Source: Deltaproteobacteria bacterium RIFCSPLOWO2_02_FULL_50_16
GTDB lineage: Bacteria > UBA10199 > 2-02-FULL-50-16
Assembly (NCBI GenBank): GCA_001798715.1
Contig: MGSF01000022.1
Location: 21,899-85,898, forward strand
Length of the DNA stretch: 64,000 nucleotides
Reading direction: 5' to 3'
Made by a program: the position numbers and the translations under genes. Of the stretch, positions 55,495 to 64,000 are shown piece after piece (position 1 is the stretch's first letter; the number at the start of each line of letters is the position of its first letter). The notes below the pieces were generated by a model. That model had not been told where the DNA came from. It was given only the letters and a program-made list of their open reading frames with translations, and did no database searches.

Positions 55495-57900
55495 ATGAGA
55501 AAAAAATTAACTAGTTATTTTGGAGCATTTCATAAGGAAGATTTTTTGAGTTGGAGGCGTTTTTATCACTCAGCATTTTTCAACTGGTTTTTATTTATTG
55601 TTTTTACTTTGGCAATCAGTTTCTTGATGAATGTGGTTGTTGACTCATTGCCGACTCAGGTTGTTGGCGGATCTATCGCCCCCGATGATATTTGGGCGGA
55701 TCGCGATTATCAGATTCTGGAGGCAGAAGCGACCAATGCTATTCGACAAGAGGCTCGTCAAACTATCCTGCCACAGTTTGTTTACAACAAAGGCGTCTCC
55801 ACAAATCTTAAAGATAAGATTTCAAAGGTCTTTGCTGATTCAAGGGCGCAGTTGCGTCCCCTCGTTGACATTTCCGGGGATCTGCGTCTCACACCTGAAG
55901 GGGTCACTTCTCTCAAAGAGGCTTTTGCTGGTGGATTGGGGATCAGCATGGATGATGAGACCTTTATGGCCTTGGTGAGCAATCGATTCAGCTCAAAGTT
56001 GGAAGATATCATTCAGCGATGGATGGAAGCAGTTTATGGTTATTATCTCATTGAAGATGCGAAATTACTGGAAGGACTCCAGCAAAAAGGGATTGTCGTT
56101 TATCAGAAGGATAGCGGTATTGAGGGGGTCTTGTTTAAGGAATGGGAAAAAATTCGTGATCTCACAACAACCAGGGAAAATATAGGAAATGATCCTATTG
56201 TTAAAATAACTTATCGGCCCAGCACTTGGGAGGCCCTCGTCAAGGTAACGAGCACCCTCATTCAGCCTGATTTGTCCTATGATGAAGAAAAAACAAAACA
56301 ACTTCAGGAAGAGGCGGCCGCCAAGATCAATGATGTCGTGATTAATGTGCAATCGGGGGAATCCATTATTCGCAAGGGAGACCGATATGATGAGCGCTCT
56401 ATCAAAATTATTGAAGGCATTTTAAAAACAAAGGCAAAAACCCAATATCATATAAAAATTGCCGGCATTTTCGTCTTTCTACTCACATTTCTTTTCATCC
56501 TGTATTCGTTTGGACGTCATTACATTCTTCGCTTTCGTCCTGCCCGCAACGATCTTGTTTTTTTCGGGACTCTGGGATTGTTTTCCATCGTCCTTATCAG
56601 GCTTTTATTCATCGCCATTCCTTCGTTTCACAGGCTCATCTCGGATGTTCCGGCCTCTACCTTTTATTATCTCATTCCCGTGGCTGCGAGTGTCATGTTG
56701 GTGCGTCTCATGGTCAATGCGGAAACCACTACTTTTTTTGCAGTGGCTTTTATCGGGATCAATAGCTTGATGTTTCCGGGTGGTGTCGGCCTGACGGTTT
56801 TTTACATGACAAGTTCGGTTTTTGGCGCCTTCATTATATCCCATGTCAGCAGCCGTGCGGGGATATTCAAGGCGGGTTTTTATACCGGATTGGTCAATGC
56901 CTTTCTTATTCTGGCCGCAAACATGATTTATTCGGTTTCCAACATAGGTGATTTTGTTCTGGGTGTTGTCTTGTGGAAGATCGGTTTTGGTTTTTTGGGT
57001 GGGATTTTCTCCTCGGTTTTGGTGATGGTTTTGACGCCATTGGCAGAATCGGCCTTCAATTACCTTACGGACATTAAGCTGCTCGAATATGGCAGCCTTA
57101 ATCATCCCTTGCTTCGAGAACTGATTGTCAGGGCTCCGGGCACCTACCATCATAGTCATATGGTGGGGACATTATCCGAGGCGGGTTGCGATGCGATTGG
57201 GGCCAACGGCCTGTTTGCGCGTGTTGCCTGTTACTTTCACGACATTGGAAAGATGAAAAAGTCCGAATACTTTATCGAAAATCAAAAAGGTGACAATCGC
57301 CATGAGAGACTTTCTCCCTCCATGAGCGCCCTGATTATTGCCTCTCACGTAAAAGATGGTATCGAACTGGCACGGTCTCATAAACTTCCCCAAAGAATCA
57401 TAGACATTATTCCACAACATCAGGGCAAAAAACTCATCAGTTACTTTTATGTAAAGGCCAAGGAAATGGAAAAGGTCAATATCCATTCAGTGAAGGAAGA
57501 GAATTATCGTTATTCGGGACCCAAGCCGCAAACAAGGGAGGCGGGCGTTATTTTGCTGGCCGATACGGTGGAGGCGGCGACTCGCTCGCTCAAGGATCGC
57601 AGTCCTTCAAAATTAAGATCTGTCGTCCAGAATATGATCAATAAGAATTTTTCTGACGGTCAGTTGGATGAATGTGATATGACATTAAGGGACTTGCACA
57701 CTATTGCAGATCAGTTTACAAGGATCCTCATAGGTATTTATCATCAGCGGGTAGAATACCCTGATTTTGAGGCGACAGATGAAGAACATCCCCCCCTCCA
57801 GCTCGGCGATAAGTTTGACAAACAAAACCCGATTCAGGGCGGTTCCCCTGAAGAAGATCAAAAGGTTTCTTCAGACAATATTAGACATCTTAGGTCATAA
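55495..57900 (+). CDS. 7TM receptor with intracellular HD phosphohydrolase (PgpH-like)
   Basis: Large extracytoplasmic domain, multi-TM block, APGTYHHS, HDIGK, YFIENQ, GPKPQ, LADTVEAA. Confidence 0.92.
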   Translation: MRKKLTSYFGAFHKEDFLSWRRFYHSAFFNWFLFIVFTLAISFLMNVVVDSLPTQVVGGSIAPDDIWADRDYQILEAEATNAIRQEARQTILPQFVYNKGVSTNLKDKISKVFADSRAQLRPLVDISGDLRLTPEGVTSLKEAFAGGLGISMDDETFMALVSNRFSSKLEDIIQRWMEAVYGYYLIEDAKLLEGLQQKGIVVYQKDSGIEGVLFKEWEKIRDLTTTRENIGNDPIVKITYRPSTWEALVKVTSTLIQPDLSYDEEKTKQLQEEAAAKINDVVINVQSGESIIRKGDRYDERSIKIIEGILKTKAKTQYHIKIAGIFVFLLTFLFILYSFGRHYILRFRPARNDLVFFGTLGLFSIVLIRLLFIAIPSFHRLISDVPASTFYYLIPVAASVMLVRLMVNAETTTFFAVAFIGINSLMFPGGVGLTVFYMTSSVFGAFIISHVSSRAGIFKAGFYTGLVNAFLILAANMIYSVSNIGDFVLGVVLWKIGFGFLGGIFSSVLVMVLTPLAESAFNYLTDIKLLEYGSLNHPLLRELIVRAPGTYHHSHMVGTLSEAGCDAIGANGLFARVACYFHDIGKMKKSEYFIENQKGDNRHERLSPSMSALIIASHVKDGIELARSHKLPQRIIDIIPQHQGKKLISYFYVKAKEMEKVNIHSVKEENYRYSGPKPQTREAGVILLADTVEAATRSLKDRSPSKLRSVVQNMINKNFSDGQLDECDMTLRDLHTIADQFTRILIGIYHQRVEYPDFEATDEEHPPLQLGDKFDKQNPIQGGSPEEDQKVSSDNIRHLRS

Positions 57901-58222
57901 AAACGCGGGTCTTGAGGTGCTTCTCATTACCGATCGGACCATGATGCAGTGGAATAAGAGGGTTTTTGGCAGGACAGGCTCGACAGATGTCATTTCTTTT
58001 CCCTTCAATGAGCGCTATTTTTTAGGTTCTATTCTTATTTCTGCGGATAAAACAGCAGCCCAGGCACGCCAATACAGGCATTCCTTTCAGAAAGAATTAA
58101 AGCTATTATTGATTCATGGGGTTTTACATCTTATGGGATTTGATCATGATTGTTCACGGCGGGCAACCCGCATGAGAAAGATGGAACAAAAATTGTTTTG
58201 CAAAACAAAATATTTACGATAA
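57779..58222 (+). CDS. ybeY: rRNA maturation endoribonuclease YbeY
   Basis: TDVISF, LG.I.IS, HGVLHLMGFDH; start uncertain. Confidence 0.92.
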   Translation: MKNIPPSSSAISLTNKTRFRAVPLKKIKRFLQTILDILGHKNAGLEVLLITDRTMMQWNKRVFGRTGSTDVISFPFNERYFLGSILISADKTAAQARQYRHSFQKELKLLLIHGVLHLMGFDHDCSRRATRMRKMEQKLFCKTKYLR

Positions 58223-58224
58223 GT

Positions 58225-59814
58225 ATGCTGAAATCTTTTTTAAAGAGAGATTGGTTTCTTGCCCTCCTGTCGGGTTTTTTTGGCATTTGGATTCTGCCGG
58301 TTTCCATCGGAAATTTTTCAACAAGTGGTTTTGACATTCTGGCCTGGATAGTCTTTACCCCTCTTTTTCTGGCGATTTGGGAGTCGCCTCCCAGGCGCAC
58401 TTTTCTTCTCGTTGGGCTGACCCACATGATTTATTTTAGTGGGGTTAGTTATTGGTTGAATATTGCTATTCATCAATTTGGCGGACTTCCCCTGTGGTCG
58501 AGCCTCCTCATCATGTTGTTGCTTGTCGTCATCAAATCTTCGTTGATGGGAGGTTTTTTCGCCCTTGGGGCCTATTGGAATAAAAAATTGAATCTTTCAT
58601 GGATACTTTTGGCCCCGCTTCTTTGGGTGGTAGAGGATTATACGATCAATTACATTCCCGCCGGTGGTTTTCCCTGGGGCAATATCGCTTATTCCCAGTC
58701 GGCTTTTGTTGTTATGATTCAGATGTTGGACCTCGTGGGAGTTTATGGAGTTGGTTTTCTCATTATTTTGATCAATGTCACGCTGACGGCGGTTGTTCGA
58801 TCATGGCTGCATCTTCAGTTATTTCCCTATCGGGCAGTCCTCACGACATTGATTTTGCTGATCCTGACCCTCACCTATGGTTTTTTTAGGTTCAATCACT
58901 TTGAAAACACTACTCCCAAACAGGAGACACTCAATGTCGCTTATATTCAGGGCAACATTTCTCAGGGTCTCAAGTGGGAGGAGACACTTCAAGATCGCAT
59001 TTTGTCCAAGTATCAGTTTTTATCTCAAAAAGCGCTTGAAGAATCATCAAAACCTGTCGACCTCATCGTTTATCCTGAGACGGCGTATCCTCATTTGTTA
59101 AGGCATTCAAAATTAAACAGGGTGGAATCTTTCGTCAAGGTGCCCTCGCTATGGGGGTTGAATACCTTTGATGCCGATCCTACATCCCCCTTCAAGATAA
59201 AATTGTTTAATAGCGCCTTGTTATTGGATGAGGCCAGTGAAAGTTTGGGCATTTATCACAAGACACATCTTGTTCCGATGGGTGAGTATGTTCCCCTAAA
59301 AAAGATCTTCTTTTTTGTGGACAAGATTGTTCCAGGTTTCATGGATTTTACCCCGGGACGGCCGGGACAGCTCTTGCGTCTTCATCAGAAGGCGCTCTTG
59401 GGTGTCACAATATGTTATGAGGACTCGTTTCCCGAGATCAGCCGATCTTTTGTCAAAAACGGGGCCGATCTCTTGATCAACATCACCAATGACGCCTGGT
59501 ATGGCAAATCATCGGCCCCTTATCAGCACCTGACATTTTCCCAGTTTCGTGCTGTGGAAACACGCCGGTGGTTGGTGCGCTCAACCAATACGGGGGTTTC
59601 GGCCGTCGTCGATCCCTTGGGGCGGTTTTATAATATTTCTGATATCTTTACGGAGGCCTTTGCGGTGACTACAGTGGGCTTGGGAGGGGCACTGACTTTC
59701 TATACGGCCTGGGGTGATATCTTGGTCTATGTGTGTCTTCTTGTTATGTCTTGGCTGGGGATTAAAACGATTTTGATTATTTACAGAGAGCGGTCTCGTT
59801 TTAAAGAAACTTGA
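58225..59814 (+). CDS. lnt: Apolipoprotein N-acyltransferase
   Basis: GFPW, QGNI, YPETA, K.HLVPMGEY.P, ICYE, TNDAWYG, RAVE. Confidence 0.96.
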   Translation: MLKSFLKRDWFLALLSGFFGIWILPVSIGNFSTSGFDILAWIVFTPLFLAIWESPPRRTFLLVGLTHMIYFSGVSYWLNIAIHQFGGLPLWSSLLIMLLLVVIKSSLMGGFFALGAYWNKKLNLSWILLAPLLWVVEDYTINYIPAGGFPWGNIAYSQSAFVVMIQMLDLVGVYGVGFLIILINVTLTAVVRSWLHLQLFPYRAVLTTLILLILTLTYGFFRFNHFENTTPKQETLNVAYIQGNISQGLKWEETLQDRILSKYQFLSQKALEESSKPVDLIVYPETAYPHLLRHSKLNRVESFVKVPSLWGLNTFDADPTSPFKIKLFNSALLLDEASESLGIYHKTHLVPMGEYVPLKKIFFFVDKIVPGFMDFTPGRPGQLLRLHQKALLGVTICYEDSFPEISRSFVKNGADLLINITNDAWYGKSSAPYQHLTFSQFRAVETRRWLVRSTNTGVSAVVDPLGRFYNISDIFTEAFAVTTVGLGGALTFYTAWGDILVYVCLLVMSWLGIKTILIIYRERSRFKET

Positions 59815-59848
59815 CTTCTTACCCCTTGGCGGCTTACTAATTCGTTTC

Positions 59849-60944
59849 ATGCATTTAAAAGAACTCAAAGAAAACATCACTTTCCTGTCTGAAAAGATCA
59901 GTTTTCTTCGGAGGGGTCTTTGACCCTGCTCACGACGGGCAAATCCTAAAAAAATTAGAAGAAAAGACGAATTCTCCCGATTTTTGGAATGATACCCGCG
60001 AGGCCGGAAAGATCTCCAAGGAGATTGATGCGCTTCGAGGCACTATCAGTATGTGGGAATCGTTGGATCAAAGTCTTAGTGACCTCAAGGCCTATGAGGA
60101 GTTGATAGGGGAGGCGAGTGATGAAGATCTTCTCCAGGAGGCGGCCCAGAGATTTGATGACTTAAAAAAACGCGTTGATGATATTGAATTTCGTCAAATG
60201 CTCTCGGGTCCCCATGACAAAAATGACGCCATTTTTTCAATCAATGCCGGGGCGGGAGGGACCGAGTCCTGCGATTGGGCCGAGATCTTGCTCCGGATGT
60301 ATCGGCGTTGGGCGGAGCGTCATGGTTATCAGGTGGAAATCCTGGATTTTACCCATGGGGATCAGGCGGGTTTTCGGTCGGTGACGATGACGATCTCGGG
60401 AAACTATGTTTATGGCTATTTGCGGGCCGAGATTGGTGTCCATCGATTGGTCAGGATTTCCCCCTTTGACGCCAATAAGAGACGGCATACCTCCTTTGCC
60501 TCTGTCTTTGTGATGCCGGATATCGAGGACGAGATTGAAATCGAGGTGAAGGATGCGGATCTGCGCGTCGATACATTTCGCTCAAGTGGCGCGGGGGGGC
60601 AGCATGTCAACAAAACCGATTCGGCCGTACGCCTCACCCACCTCCCCACCAATATTGTCGTGGCCTGCCAAAGCGATCGTTCCCAGCATCGCAATCGGGC
60701 GATGGCGATGAAGCTCCTCAAGGCCAAGCTCTACGAGCTCGAGATGGAAAAAAAACAGGAAGAACAAAAAAAGATCGAGGGAACCAAAAAAGAGATCGCC
60801 TGGGGATCCCAGATTCGTTCCTATGTCCTGCATCCCTATCAGATGGTCAAGGACCACCGGACACAGTATGAGGTCGGCAATGCGGCCTCCGTTCTTGATG
60901 GGGATCTGGACGCCTTTATCCGCGCCTATCTCCTCAATCGATAG
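59849..60944 (+). CDS. prfB: Peptide chain release factor 2 (programmed +1 frameshift at 59918-59924)
   Basis: 24-codon ORF from ATG 59849 ends CTT TGA C after GGAGGGG; the +1 frame continues into the ORF with SPF and GGQ motifs. Confidence 0.97.
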
Positions 60945-60968
60945 AAGCCCCCTGATTACTTTAATCAT

Positions 60969-60997
60969 AAAAGTGGGGACTTAAGTCCCCACTTTTT
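60969..60997. terminator. Palindromic (bidirectional) intrinsic terminator after prfB
   Basis: AAAAGTGGGGAC-TTAA-GTCCCCACTTTTT. Confidence 0.8.
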
Positions 60998-61101
60998 GTA
61001 GTGGCCTGTGCTTTTTCTTCATAAATGCGTCTGGTAATTAGATATTACTAATAATATCAATAAGATATCAACCCAATAAAATATTCTTAAACACCCACCC
61101 A

Positions 61102-61117
61102 TGGTCCCGAGATTGCA
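61102..61117 (+). promoter_or_regulatory. Putative sigma54 -24/-12 promoter
   Basis: TGGTCCCGAGATTGCA: GG-N10-GC, 21 nt before ATG 61139. Confidence 0.5.
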
Positions 61118-61138
61118 AAGACTACAATAGAGAACCCC

Positions 61139-63850
61139 ATGTGTATCAAGAAAACCTATATTCATAATATTTTGATCCTGGCCGTCGGCCTTCTTTTGAC
61201 CGTCACCCTTGCCTCTTGCAAGAAGATCAAGGGAGACGCTGGGACCCCGACCGATACGGCAGGCGAGGTGGACCCTAGTGGGGGCGATCTCACCCAAGGG
61301 GATTTTCAACTGACCTCCCTTGAGCCTTCCTCGGGAAAATCAGGGGATCGTTTTGTCCTCACGGGAGAGGTCCTCGATGCCGCGACCGATCTTGTCATGT
61401 TTGGCGAGATCCCCGTGATCCCCCATGCCGTGGGAGACGGGGCCCGCCAGTTTTTCTTCGCCTCCACGAGCGTCCAGACGGCCAAGACTGACGAGGCCAA
61501 GGGGCAGATCTCGGCCTTTGTCCCCCAGGGTGTTTGTGATCAGGAGTATGTGGTCATCGTCGTTCGGAGTGACAAGAGGAGTACGGGGAAAAAGTTTACA
61601 GTCGTGGGCGAGAAGCCCTGTCCCGGTTCTGCAGATGAGACAGAGGATGCGGATGAGACAGAGGAGACCGGGACCCCGGAACCCACGACCGTCGGGGAGA
61701 CAGTGGTGGGGGGAGAAGGGGAGGGTGATTTACAGCCCGCCGAGTTCGTGCTTGTTGAGGCCACCTTGGGACTTTCGCGAGAGATTGTTTATCGGCAATT
61801 GAATCCGACAACGACCTTATCCTGGTCGGTCAGTCATGGGGTCGTGGATGCGGTGACGATTTATGCCAATGGGAATGTCTTGAGTCACGGGGGTGTGATT
61901 TATCACAATCATCTCAATGTGAGTGGGAGCGTTGATTTGGAGCCCTTGGAGAGGACACATTATCAGGCGGTCTTTACCTCTCGGGGAGAGGTGGTGGCGG
62001 TGAAGGAGGCAGAAGTCTCCGTCATTGGTGAAGAGAATGATTTAAGCCTCATTCCCTATTTTGATGTGGCGGTCTCTCCCCTTTCCCGCACACGCACTCA
62101 GGGCAATAATTTTATCGCAGAGCCCATAACGGTCCGGTTTGTGGCGAATCAGATCACGGGGATCGATTTTACATTTTCGGAACAATGTGTGACGCCGCCC
62201 TGTCCCTCGTTGGGGAGGCGTCATTATGCGAGTTTGAATGGGTCTTTTACATTTCGCCCCGAGGTGACGGCGGTTTTTCGCGCGGTGGCCACGACGGACG
62301 AGAGGGAGACCATTGAGATCACGAGAAATATCCAGGTCACCCTCGCCGCCGTCGGTGCTGAATATACGGCGACGGAATGGGAGGATCGGAGCGATCAGTC
62401 CTATCTACCGGGATATGCCAGGTATCGTGTCAGGGTGAGGAATGCGGCGACGGCCCTGATACAGTCCCAGGGGGATTTTAGCCCCTGCCTCTGGGCGGCG
62501 GGTTCGTGTGTGCCCCTATCGGTGGTCAACATTGGAGGGGGCAACAAGATCCATGTGATCCCCCTGGCGAGCCTTCCGGCGGGGAGTGGGGACTGGAAGA
62601 TCTACGAATTTTACTGGAGGCAGAATTGTGGCACGGGGGCGAGTACGCGGTGCCGGTCCACGCTCAAGGCGAGGGGTTATAATGACGTCTTGATAGAGAG
62701 GGACAAAGAGGTCATGAGCCTGACGCCGACCCCCACACTCTCAGCAGAATTAAAATCGGGGGACTGGAGACAGATGCATGTCGAATGGAGCTGTCTTAAC
62801 TGTCGTGATGTGATTGTGACAAGCCCTTGTAGCCCTAGAACCTTTACCGGTTTTACTGGGAATACTGGGAGTCAGGACATTCCGATTTGCAGTAAAAATC
62901 AGAATGATAATAGGGCGACCTTGAGTTACAAGGACCCCTTTTCCCCTACCGTCCATACCTTAAGTGCCCATCCCTCCAATGGTCCCTCGACCACCCAGGC
63001 GAATATTACGAACTCTGACATCGGCAATAGAAACAATGGGCGTGATGGAGACGGGAGATATCGTATCCCATGGAGGACCCTCTGGGCCGTGAGGGCCGAG
63101 GTCCAGGGTTATACCCCCGAAGGGACGACCTGTGGTCGTTTGCGGTCCTTAAGCCTTAATTTCAGTCTGGGGGACGGGTCGTCGGAAGTGACCGGGGCCA
63201 ATGCCGATTTTCCCGTGGATCCCGACTGCTATGTCTTTGAGGTGACGGCCTATGATGTGGAAGGTGGGCCCCATCGATCCGGTAGAATCACGGCACAGTC
63301 CAAGATTGTCATTCAATACATTGATAATGGTTATGGCTGGCAGACATGTCAGCATGATTGTTCACCTAATTGGTGGTGTGGCGATCAGGATCGATGTTCG
63401 GCAACGGGCTATACACGCTATAAAACGGTTGTCGTCAAAAATGCGAGTAATCGTCGACCACGAGTCATGAGTGCGGGGAATGGTTATACTTGTCCTATGG
63501 ACGATGATAGTGGTGATCACATTTGGATGGTCATTAATGAACTCGAGTCTTCAACGCCTCGCGAGAGACAGTGGGGGTTAGAGCACCGATATTATTATAA
63601 TAGCTCAATCGCTTACGGTTGTAAGGTCTGTATTGATGGGGAACCTGGAGGGGGAGAGATTTGCACTAGTCCGTCAGTCGATTGGAGTAATCAGTCACCT
63701 TACTATGAAGGTTCAAGTTGGTGTCATGGGGAGACGACAACGGGGGCCCCTGAATATAGTTGTGGTGGTTGGAGTCTGGCCGGACCCGATAGCTGGACTG
63801 CAGTGGGCGTAGCAGTGGGCGTTGTTGTGGTGGGAGGAGTCATGCTCTGA
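61139..63850 (+). CDS. Large Cys-rich lipoprotein with IPT/TIG-like and other beta-sandwich-like segments
   Basis: Lipobox LAS|C at Cys27; LTSLEPSSG..GD...LTG; acidic linker; Cys/Trp-rich C-terminal third. Confidence 0.75.
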   Translation: MCIKKTYIHNILILAVGLLLTVTLASCKKIKGDAGTPTDTAGEVDPSGGDLTQGDFQLTSLEPSSGKSGDRFVLTGEVLDAATDLVMFGEIPVIPHAVGDGARQFFFASTSVQTAKTDEAKGQISAFVPQGVCDQEYVVIVVRSDKRSTGKKFTVVGEKPCPGSADETEDADETEETGTPEPTTVGETVVGGEGEGDLQPAEFVLVEATLGLSREIVYRQLNPTTTLSWSVSHGVVDAVTIYANGNVLSHGGVIYHNHLNVSGSVDLEPLERTHYQAVFTSRGEVVAVKEAEVSVIGEENDLSLIPYFDVAVSPLSRTRTQGNNFIAEPITVRFVANQITGIDFTFSEQCVTPPCPSLGRRHYASLNGSFTFRPEVTAVFRAVATTDERETIEITRNIQVTLAAVGAEYTATEWEDRSDQSYLPGYARYRVRVRNAATALIQSQGDFSPCLWAAGSCVPLSVVNIGGGNKIHVIPLASLPAGSGDWKIYEFYWRQNCGTGASTRCRSTLKARGYNDVLIERDKEVMSLTPTPTLSAELKSGDWRQMHVEWSCLNCRDVIVTSPCSPRTFTGFTGNTGSQDIPICSKNQNDNRATLSYKDPFSPTVHTLSAHPSNGPSTTQANITNSDIGNRNNGRDGDGRYRIPWRTLWAVRAEVQGYTPEGTTCGRLRSLSLNFSLGDGSSEVTGANADFPVDPDCYVFEVTAYDVEGGPHRSGRITAQSKIVIQYIDNGYGWQTCQHDCSPNWWCGDQDRCSATGYTRYKTVVVKNASNRRPRVMSAGNGYTCPMDDDSGDHIWMVINELESSTPRERQWGLEHRYYYNSSIAYGCKVCIDGEPGGGEICTSPSVDWSNQSPYYEGSSWCHGETTTGAPEYSCGGWSLAGPDSWTAVGVAVGVVVVGGVML

Positions 63851-63982
63851 TCTTTCCCTCCATCTTTGCCCCCATATTGGGGACAGGACTCCCCCCTCCA
63901 TTGAAATCGTTAAAATCCCCACCATTTTTTCAATAAAATTACAATAAATTCAATAACTTATTCTAAACCGGCAGACCGTTTT

Positions 63983-63998
63983 TGGCATGGTGATTGCA
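63983..63998 (+). promoter_or_regulatory. Sigma54 -24/-12 promoter for a gene beyond the window
   Basis: TGGCATGGTGATTGCA, near consensus; IHF-like ATTCAATAACTTA upstream. Confidence 0.7.
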
Positions 63999-64000
63999 AT

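Noticed and set aside
60051..60944. Truncated or pseudogenised prfB
   Set aside because: Explained by the canonical CTT-TGA-C programmed frameshift.

Overview
Chromosomal backbone DNA, probably from a deltaproteobacterium-like (Myxococcota/Bdellovibrionota-grade) Gram-negative bacterium; the taxonomy is inferred from gene content. In order: a type II secretion operon (gspD-E-F-G-H-I-J-K-L-M-N, gspD cut by the window edge), an FHA-FHA-sigma54 activator, ftsB-like, thiS-thiG-thiH-thiC, an MBL hydrolase, alr-mlaEFD-purH-purD-purE-tsaC-DUF1015, DUF721/dksA, yebC-ruvCAB, RDD/GDPD/rsmE, a ROK kinase, trpEGDCFBA-fur, a Fur-boxed operon (small protein, porin, flavinylation-motif FMN-binding protein, His-bearing membrane protein), leuS-holA, rpsT, murJ, yjbQ-like-phoH-7TM/HD-ybeY-lnt, prfB with its +1 programmed frameshift, and a 903-aa Cys-rich lipoprotein behind a putative sigma54 promoter. 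I saw no CRISPR array, rRNA, tRNA or transposase. The most unusual signal is non-coding: four diverged copies (8253-8355, 29875-29979, 36081-36187, 43821-43923) of a 103-107 bp two-hairpin element. It has TAYTAA...GTA/ATA-type ends, a shared TA junction and compensatory base changes, and is always oriented with a neighbouring transcription unit. A separate 125-bp MITE-like palindrome lies between gspF and gspG. All product calls come from motif recognition and synteny; no searches were run.
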